A stretch of DNA of 64,000 bases from the NCBI GenBank assembly GCA_963664225.1, contig OY760937.1:1984001-2048000 (forward strand), given 5' to 3'. Of this stretch, positions 57,280 to 64,000 are shown in pieces (within the stretch, counting starts at the first letter, position 1; each line of letters starts with the position of its first letter). The position numbers and the translations under genes are program-made. The notes under the pieces are model-generated. The model worked only from the letters and a program-made list of their open reading frames with translations, had not been told where the DNA came from and did no database searches. Origin of the DNA: Verrucomicrobiia bacterium. Lineage in GTDB: Bacteria; Verrucomicrobiota; Verrucomicrobiia; Limisphaerales; UBA1319.

Positions 57280-60200
57280 ATGAACATCGTGGCCATTCTT
57301 CGGGGGGAAGTTGCATTAAATGATCGATCTACGAACCGCCGTCTCGAGTGGTCGCGCGCGCTCGTCTTACTTACAGCGCTCTTTCTGCTGGGTTCCGTCG
57401 CCGCACAAGCCCGGGTGATTTACGTCAATGGCGCGCTTCAGACCGATCCGGTTCCCACGGGCCAAACATGGGCCACGGCATGGAACACCATCGGGGACGC
57501 TGTGAACGAAGCGAGCGAGGGGGACGAGATCTGGGTGGCACAAGGAACCTACAAGGAATTTGTGGTCATCACAAACGCCGTGGCCCTGTATGGCGGCTTT
57601 GTGGGGACGGAGACGAATCGCGAAGAGCGCAACTTCACCTGGAATACGACGACCATTTATGGGGATGGGGGCGGGGTTGTTATTCGCCAAAACGTGGTCA
57701 ACATTTTTGGTTTTACCAATGAATTGGCGCGTCTGGATGGTTTTACAGTCGGAAAGGATCCAATGGTTTTGGGCAGCGCCATCTGCAGTAGTAACGCATC
57801 CCCTGTAATTGCCAATAACCGCGTCTGCGGTCTGACGAATTTTACCACTGGAGTCATTCTTTGCACGGGAGGCGCCCCACTGGTCAGCAGTAACTACATT
57901 GCAAATAATTGGACCACTCATAGCGACCTCATTGGTACCAACTACAGCGGTGCGGGTGGTATGTATGTTCATAATAGCGATGCGCATATTGTGGAAAACC
58001 GGATTATTGGGAACAAATCGGATCATGGTGCCGGTATTACGGTTAGTTATGGCTCGCCCTTGATTGAATTTAATGACATCATGGGCAATTCTGCCGATAA
58101 TTTTTCTGGAGGTGTGGATTGCTGGAAAACTTCCGCTAGGATCTCGAACAACAGGATCATTGGAAATTCAGTGGCACACTTTTTTTCGAATGAGGCAGGC
58201 GGGGGCCTTTCTTTTTCGTCATGCGATAATATTATTGTGGCCAATAACCTGGTTATGGCGAACTATATTGTTCCATCAGCGCCACTTGCATATGGTTCTT
58301 CCGGGGGAATTAACACGATGGGTGGCAGTGGAACGATCATCAATAATACCGTACTCTATAATAGGGGAGGCCAAGCCGCAGGTATTTGGGGCACCTTTAA
58401 TGTATCGATTCTAAACAACATAATTGCCTTCGGCTCCACGAGCGTTGGATTGGATGGAGCCGCAAAATCTGCAAATAATTGTATTTATGGGTTCAAAACG
58501 AATATTTACGTTCCAATGTTCGAGCAGACTGGAACCAACGGCAATATCGATCGCGATCCGATGCTGGATGGCGACGCGCGGAATCCCGGATGGCATTTAA
58601 TGCCGGGATCTCCCTGCATCGGTGCCGGAGATATCAGCCAGGTCTCGCCTGACTGGCAGGATATCGACGGAGAGCCTCGCATGCGGGGATCAAATGTCGA
58701 TATCGGCGCAGATGCGTTTCAGGCGAATTATTCCACTCCAGCCCGACTCGTTTGTTTTGTTAGTCCAGCGGGTGACGACCGCAACGATGGATTGAGCTGG
58801 GCGACCGCCAAGCACACGGTGCAGGCTGGCCTGGACCGCGCGGTTCTGGCATGTGGCGAGGTTTGGGTGGCCGCGGGTTTTTACCCGGAACGAATCACGA
58901 TGCGGCCGTATGTTGATTTGTACGGAGGATTCTCAGGCGTGGAGACCAACCGGGATCAGCGGGATTGGAAACGCAACGGGACCATTTTGGATGGCCAGGG
59001 TTTGGGAAGTGTGGTTCTGATTGAGAATTTAGGTACAACAAATTGTCTGGATGGATTTACGATTCAAAATGGTTTTTCTGAAAATGGCGGCGGGATTTAT
59101 GCAAAGTATAGTTATCCAATCATTGCCAATAATATCATCCAAAATAACACCACAACGAATAAGGCCCGTTCCTACGCCGGTGGAGGCGTCTATTCCGCGC
59201 AGTGCGTGCTGGTCTTGTCCAATAATATTATCCAAAATAACATTTCAGCCTTTGGAGGCGGAATCTACCTGAAAGATGACCGGGGGGATATGATTGTCCG
59301 AAACACGTTCAAAGCGAACACAGCCTTCCCGTTTATTCTGGAATCTGGCGGTGGGGGGATATATGTGTTGCATAGCCTTGTGAAGATTCTCAATAATGTC
59401 TTCGTCTCCAATGTTTTCACCAATCTAAAATCTTTGCCTTTGCAATTCGCTCACGGGAGTGCCATTTGCTTAAATGAAAAACTCAGTTTGAATTCTCCCG
59501 CCAATGAAATCCGGAATAATACATTCATCGGTAACAGAACCTTTGAAGCTACAGAATCGGGCGCGATTGCGCTACTATCGTCTAAAAACACCCTGTGTTT
59601 AAACAACCTGCTCGCCTATAATTCTTCCGGGCTATTCACCATGACGAGCAGCAACATTCAATGGCTAAATAACTGTGTTTATTCGAATGTTTCATTCAAC
59701 TATAAAGGGATTAACGAACAGACAGGTTCCAATGGAAACATCAATGCAAGTCCACTTCTCGCAATGCCTCCGCAACCTTATCTTTCGTCCAAATCGCCTT
59801 GCATCGATGCTGGATTGTTCCGGCCTGAGGCAACCAACGAATTGGATTGGGCGGGGAATCCGCGATTGGTTGGAAGCTCGGTTGATATTGGCGCGGTTGA
59901 GTATTCCAGTTCGCTGCCGCTATTGGAGCGACCCGTGTATTTCGTCAGCACCAACGGTTCGGATACGAACGGCGGACGTTCCTGGCTGGATGCCAAACAA
60001 ACGGTCCAGGCGGGAATTAATGCCGCATCAGAGGACGGCGGAGAAGTCTGGGTGGCGGCGGGGACGTATGTTGAAAACTTGAAGATGCCTTCGTTTGTTT
60101 CGCTCTACGGTGGATTCAAGGGCGGCGAAACCATGCTGAACGAGCGCGATTGGAACGCCAACCCAACTATTCTTGACGGAGGCAGCATCACGAATGTGAT

Positions 60201-61419
60201 CCAAATAGCCAATGCGTGGGAGAGTTCTGTCCTGTCCGGGTTCACCATTCAGAACGGCAATGCGTGGAATGGCTCTGGAATTCAATGTGGAAACGGTGCG
60301 ATGCGCATTTCGGACAATCGACTCATCATGAACAACGGCAGCCCTGCCATAGTGAGTTTATACGCCGCACCGTTGATTTGTAATAACCTGATTGCCTTCA
60401 ACACAAATAACAATATCAGCCTGATTCTCGATCAACGTGGCGGCAGCGCGCTCGGTCTAATCTCCTCACCCAAGGCGAAAGTTATCAATAATACAATTGT
60501 ATCCAATTATGTGGATAGGACGACTCGTTATAACGGCATTTATGCGGCCGTTTACAGCAACCCGGGAGGGATTTTCATCAATAATATCATCGCCTGGAAT
60601 AACGATAGCGGCATACAATCCAACTATTCTCAGCCCGGTCCTGCGTTGACCAACAACTGTTTCTATGGAAACAACCGGACCAATTACTTATACGCGTATC
60701 CCGGCCGCACCGATATCTCGGTGGATCCTTTGTTTATTCCGGGAACGTCCCAGCTTTCGGCCAACTCGCCCTGCATCGATGCGGGGAACGATTCAATGAT
60801 CACGCCGGACATGCTGGACCTGGCGGGGGCGGCGCGGTTGCAGGGCATGCATGTGGATATCGGGGCTTTCGAATATGCGGCGGCGGGGGATTGGGTGAGT
60901 TTTGTGCCCGGTGGCGAATCGGTCCAAGCCACGCCGGTAACCATCGGCGGCATCACGTATGTGCCGTGGCGTTTTGAATTCGCGGATTCGAAGTATCGGA
61001 TGGTGGAACCGGGAACCTCAACCATGGACGGGACAAATATCACCTGCCGTTTTGATATTGAACAATGGTCGGGCGCGGAAACTCCGGGGACCAACGTCAT
61101 CGCGGGAACGTTCGTTCTGGGCGCGTTGAATCCGGGCGATTACGCAATGGTGGTGAACGTGAGCAGCAATGACGTGAAGACCGTGCCGTTCAGCGTCTCA
61201 GCGGGGAAGGCGTCCACGCTGGCCTGGCAGCCGCGCAGTGAGGGGGCGTTGAAGTTGCAGGTGCTCGGTGTGGCGGATGTGACGTATCGGCTGCTCTGCG
61301 CGACGAATCTGGTGAATTGGGAGATTCTTTCGACGCATCATGGGGCGCCGTTTGAGTTGGAGGTGACCAATAACACGGAAATCCCCACGTTGTTTTACCG
61401 GGTGGAGATCGAGAAATAG
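57280..61419 (+). CDS. Large secreted protein with three pectin-lyase-like beta-helix modules (choice-of-anchor-Q-like motifs)
   Basis: Three repeats of G-SW-A...EVWVAAG-Y-E...LYGGF-G-ET and SPCI-AG...VDIGA. Confidence 0.85.
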   Translation: MNIVAILRGEVALNDRSTNRRLEWSRALVLLTALFLLGSVAAQARVIYVNGALQTDPVPTGQTWATAWNTIGDAVNEASEGDEIWVAQGTYKEFVVITNAVALYGGFVGTETNREERNFTWNTTTIYGDGGGVVIRQNVVNIFGFTNELARLDGFTVGKDPMVLGSAICSSNASPVIANNRVCGLTNFTTGVILCTGGAPLVSSNYIANNWTTHSDLIGTNYSGAGGMYVHNSDAHIVENRIIGNKSDHGAGITVSYGSPLIEFNDIMGNSADNFSGGVDCWKTSARISNNRIIGNSVAHFFSNEAGGGLSFSSCDNIIVANNLVMANYIVPSAPLAYGSSGGINTMGGSGTIINNTVLYNRGGQAAGIWGTFNVSILNNIIAFGSTSVGLDGAAKSANNCIYGFKTNIYVPMFEQTGTNGNIDRDPMLDGDARNPGWHLMPGSPCIGAGDISQVSPDWQDIDGEPRMRGSNVDIGADAFQANYSTPARLVCFVSPAGDDRNDGLSWATAKHTVQAGLDRAVLACGEVWVAAGFYPERITMRPYVDLYGGFSGVETNRDQRDWKRNGTILDGQGLGSVVLIENLGTTNCLDGFTIQNGFSENGGGIYAKYSYPIIANNIIQNNTTTNKARSYAGGGVYSAQCVLVLSNNIIQNNISAFGGGIYLKDDRGDMIVRNTFKANTAFPFILESGGGGIYVLHSLVKILNNVFVSNVFTNLKSLPLQFAHGSAICLNEKLSLNSPANEIRNNTFIGNRTFEATESGAIALLSSKNTLCLNNLLAYNSSGLFTMTSSNIQWLNNCVYSNVSFNYKGINEQTGSNGNINASPLLAMPPQPYLSSKSPCIDAGLFRPEATNELDWAGNPRLVGSSVDIGAVEYSSSLPLLERPVYFVSTNGSDTNGGRSWLDAKQTVQAGINAASEDGGEVWVAAGTYVENLKMPSFVSLYGGFKGGETMLNERDWNANPTILDGGSITNVIQIANAWESSVLSGFTIQNGNAWNGSGIQCGNGAMRISDNRLIMNNGSPAIVSLYAAPLICNNLIAFNTNNNISLILDQRGGSALGLISSPKAKVINNTIVSNYVDRTTRYNGIYAAVYSNPGGIFINNIIAWNNDSGIQSNYSQPGPALTNNCFYGNNRTNYLYAYPGRTDISVDPLFIPGTSQLSANSPCIDAGNDSMITPDMLDLAGAARLQGMHVDIGAFEYAAAGDWVSFVPGGESVQATPVTIGGITYVPWRFEFADSKYRMVEPGTSTMDGTNITCRFDIEQWSGAETPGTNVIAGTFVLGALNPGDYAMVVNVSSNDVKTVPFSVSAGKASTLAWQPRSEGALKLQVLGVADVTYRLLCATNLVNWEILSTHHGAPFELEVTNNTEIPTLFYRVEIEK

Positions 61420-61504
61420 GGACGCAAATCACGCTTGCCAGCGGGGGGCGGGTCGGGCTTAACTTTAGCGAGTTTGGCGGCCCGCACGGCCCGCCTACCT
61501 GTGC

Positions 61505-63346
61505 ATGAATTTTGAACTGTTAGCCAAAGCCAAAGCGCTCGGATTTTCCGACCGCCAGATCGCCCATCTCACGGGTCAGACCGAGGACGCCGTACGCGCT
61601 GAGCGCAAACGGGTTGGGCTGATTCCAAGCTATCGTCTGGTGGACACCTGCGCCGCCGAGTTTGAGGCTTATACGCCGTATTATTATTCGACTTACGACC
61701 GTGGGGATGACGAATCCACGCCTTCGGACAAGCGCAAGGTGATGATCCTGGGGGGCGGTCCCAACCGCATCGGCCAGGGTATCGAGTTCGATTATTGCTG
61801 CGTTCATGCCGCCTTCGCACTCAAAGAGGATGGTTTCGAGACCTTGATGGTCAATTCCAATCCCGAGACTGTTTCGACCGATTACGACACGAGCGATAAA
61901 CTTTATTTCGAGCCGCTGACGCTCGAGGACGTGCTGCACATTTACGAGCGGGAGAAGTGCTGGGGAGCCATCGCCCAGTTCGGCGGGCAGACGCCGCTGA
62001 ATCTGGCGCTGGGCTTGCAGCGCAACGGGGTGAACATCATCGGCACCTCGCCCCAAAGCATCGAAATCGCGGAGGATCGCAAATTGTTCGCGGCGATGCT
62101 TCGCAAGTTGAATATTCCCCAACCGCCCAACGGTCTGGCCACCAACGAGGCCGAGGCCCTGGAAGCCGCCCACAAATTGACCTACCCGGTTTTGGTGCGG
62201 CCCTCGTTCGTTCTGGGCGGGCGCGCCATGCAGATTGTCTATTCGGACAACGAACTGGCGCATTACATGCGTTTTGCGGTGGAAGCCTCGCCGGAGCGTC
62301 CGGTGCTGGTGGATAAATTTCTCGAAGACGCCACGGAAGTGGATGTGGATTGCATTGCGGATGTGGGCCTGTTCTCCGATCCCAGCCAGGGGACGGTGGT
62401 GATGGGCGCGCTGCTGGAGCACATTGAGTATGCCGGGGTGCATTCGGGCGACGCGGCCATGGTGCTGCCGCCGCACACGCTGGCGCCGAAAATCATCGAG
62501 GTGATCCGGGAATATACGCATGCGATGGCCCGCGAACTGAAGGTGACCGGCCTGATGAATGTGCAATACGCGGTCAAGGACGGCATCGTGTATGTGCTGG
62601 AAGTGAACCCCCGCGCCTCGCGGACGGTGCCGTTTGTCAGCAAGGCGATCGGAGTGCCCCTGGCGAAACTGGCCGCGCGGGTCATGACCGGCAAGACGCT
62701 GGTGGAACTGGGTTTCACGGCGGAAAAATGGCCCAAATACTGGGCGGTCAAGGAGTCCGTGTTCCCCTTCAATCGTTTTCACGGGCAGGATATTCTGCTT
62801 TCCCCGGAAATGCGGTCCACGGGCGAAGTCATGGGATTGGACGCGGACCTGGGTGTGGCCTATGCCAAGTCCCAGATGGCGGCGGGCGGTCCCCTGCCCC
62901 TCTCCGGCAAGGTATTCATCAGCGTGAGCGATCATGACAAAAAGGAAGTGGTGGCTGTGGCGAAAAAGTTCAGCGACCTGGGCTTCCAATTGGTTTCGAC
63001 CGGCGGCACGGCGGCTGTTCTGCAAAAAGCCGGTCTGAAGGTGGAAACGATTTTCAAACTCGCGGAAGGCCGTCCCAATGCCATCGATTTGCTGAAGAAC
63101 CGCGAAATCCAGCTCGTCATCAACACGCCTTCCGGCCAGGTGCCGAGGGCGGACGAAGTCAAAATCCGCACGACGGCGGTTTACACGGGCACACCGATCA
63201 TGACCACGTTGAGTGGCGCCAAGGCGGCCGTTCTGGGCATTGCCGCGCTGAAGAAAAGCGGTTACGGCGTGAAGGCGCTCCAGGAATTTTCCAAGAAGAA
63301 GAAGCCTTCCACCACCGCTGCCAAAGCGGGAAGCGCGAAGGCGTAG
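61505..63346 (+). CDS. carB: Carbamoyl-phosphate synthase large subunit, C-terminal half only
   Basis: Begins at the oligomerisation domain (AKALGFSDRQIA); LGGGPNRIGQGIEFDYC, ATP-grasp, EMRSTGEVMG, MGS domain. Confidence 0.93.
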   Translation: MNFELLAKAKALGFSDRQIAHLTGQTEDAVRAERKRVGLIPSYRLVDTCAAEFEAYTPYYYSTYDRGDDESTPSDKRKVMILGGGPNRIGQGIEFDYCCVHAAFALKEDGFETLMVNSNPETVSTDYDTSDKLYFEPLTLEDVLHIYEREKCWGAIAQFGGQTPLNLALGLQRNGVNIIGTSPQSIEIAEDRKLFAAMLRKLNIPQPPNGLATNEAEALEAAHKLTYPVLVRPSFVLGGRAMQIVYSDNELAHYMRFAVEASPERPVLVDKFLEDATEVDVDCIADVGLFSDPSQGTVVMGALLEHIEYAGVHSGDAAMVLPPHTLAPKIIEVIREYTHAMARELKVTGLMNVQYAVKDGIVYVLEVNPRASRTVPFVSKAIGVPLAKLAARVMTGKTLVELGFTAEKWPKYWAVKESVFPFNRFHGQDILLSPEMRSTGEVMGLDADLGVAYAKSQMAAGGPLPLSGKVFISVSDHDKKEVVAVAKKFSDLGFQLVSTGGTAAVLQKAGLKVETIFKLAEGRPNAIDLLKNREIQLVINTPSGQVPRADEVKIRTTAVYTGTPIMTTLSGAKAAVLGIAALKKSGYGVKALQEFSKKKKPSTTAAKAGSAKA

Positions 63347-63365
63347 ATTGTTCCCTGCGAAGTTC

Positions 63366-63402
63366 ACTCCCGACCAGTTTTTTCTGATCGGGAGTTTTTT
63401 TT
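63366..63402 (+). terminator. Intrinsic terminator after carB
   Basis: ACTCCCGACCAG-loop-CTGATCGGGAGT followed by a T run. Confidence 0.8.
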
Positions 63403-63439
63403 GTTTTCAGATCCCGGGCACGCTGGCCGGACCGCCGAT

Positions 63440-64000
63440 TCAAGCGGTTCGTGGTTGGTATGAAACCGCGTGGCGCGTGGCGCCATCCAGCGCCTGTATG
63501 GTGATTTTCATTTCCTTGTTTGTCGCGAAGCCCCGGATCACGGTGGCGCCTGCAAGGTCCGGACCGCCGCCGACAAGCTGGTCATAAGGAAATTCAGGGG
63601 TTCCCTTCAGGCACGCCGCCTGGTGCATGTGACCGGAAATGACCGCCTGCACGCCCCATCGCACCAGGGATTCATTCCATGCCTCGCGGCCCCGTTTGCT
63701 GAACCAGTCGAAACCGCCCTTATCATAATCCACTTCCTTTTCCATGCTCCAACGCAGGGGAATGTGGCAGAACATCAATCGGTAGGGCGCGTTCCTGATC
63801 TCCGGGCGCTGGATCACGCGCGCCAGCCATTGCTTCTCCGCCTGGATTAACGGCTCGAACGCGGCAACGCCACGGAAGGTCGGATGTTTGTCCGGCTTGT
63901 CCTCACCGGTGTCCAACACGATGACCGCCAGAGGACCGCTGCGGAAGGCGTAATAGGGACGGCCTGCGGGATAATCGATGAAATCGGGCACCTGGCTGGC
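63440..64000 (-). CDS. Metallophosphoesterase (purple acid phosphatase-like), 3' part
   Basis: LDTGEDKPD, FCHIPL, ISGHMH; ORF open to the window edge. Confidence 0.8.
   Translation of the reverse strand, partial: ASQVPDFIDYPAGRPYYAFRSGPLAVIVLDTGEDKPDKHPTFRGVAAFEPLIQAEKQWLARVIQRPEIRNAPYRLMFCHIPLRWSMEKEVDYDKGGFDWFSKRGREAWNESLVRWGVQAVISGHMHQAACLKGTPEFPYDQLVGGGPDLAGATVIRGFATNKEMKITIQALDGATRHAVSYQPRTA

Overview
A GC-rich bacterial chromosome segment, most consistent with Verrucomicrobiota (prepilin-type genes, ECF sigma/Ser-Thr kinase pair, PQQ-like propeller, many secreted carbohydrate-active proteins). Core genes are dnaE, ribBA-ribH-apbE, an RluA-family synthase, pyrF, ppk1 and a stand-alone C-terminal half of carB. 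Mobile DNA comprises an intact IS66 (43347-45903, 8-bp TSD), an IS1380-family element (50153-51684) and a group II intron (50151->48177). Main result 1: the intron's candidate EBS1 and EBS2 are complementary to the terminal inverted repeat of the IS1380 element. It has inserted 1 nt outside the IS end, splitting the IS's 5-bp TTTAA target duplication, while the other IS end is a perfect unoccupied target. Main result 2: a short motif (~GGGYGCAKGACAAAAWTC) recurs in intergenic DNA and, as inward-facing inverted pairs, brackets different REP-like repeat clusters. These are a 12x85-bp hairpin array, a ~175-bp non-coding module, and a hairpin cluster around a DUF559 nuclease gene, suggesting a repeat/nuclease cassette family. 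Also noted: a BlaI-controlled M56 peptidase/secretin-like fusion, twin ECF-type promoters and frequent leaderless promoter architecture. All calls are by eye; no database searches were run, so novelty is unverified.
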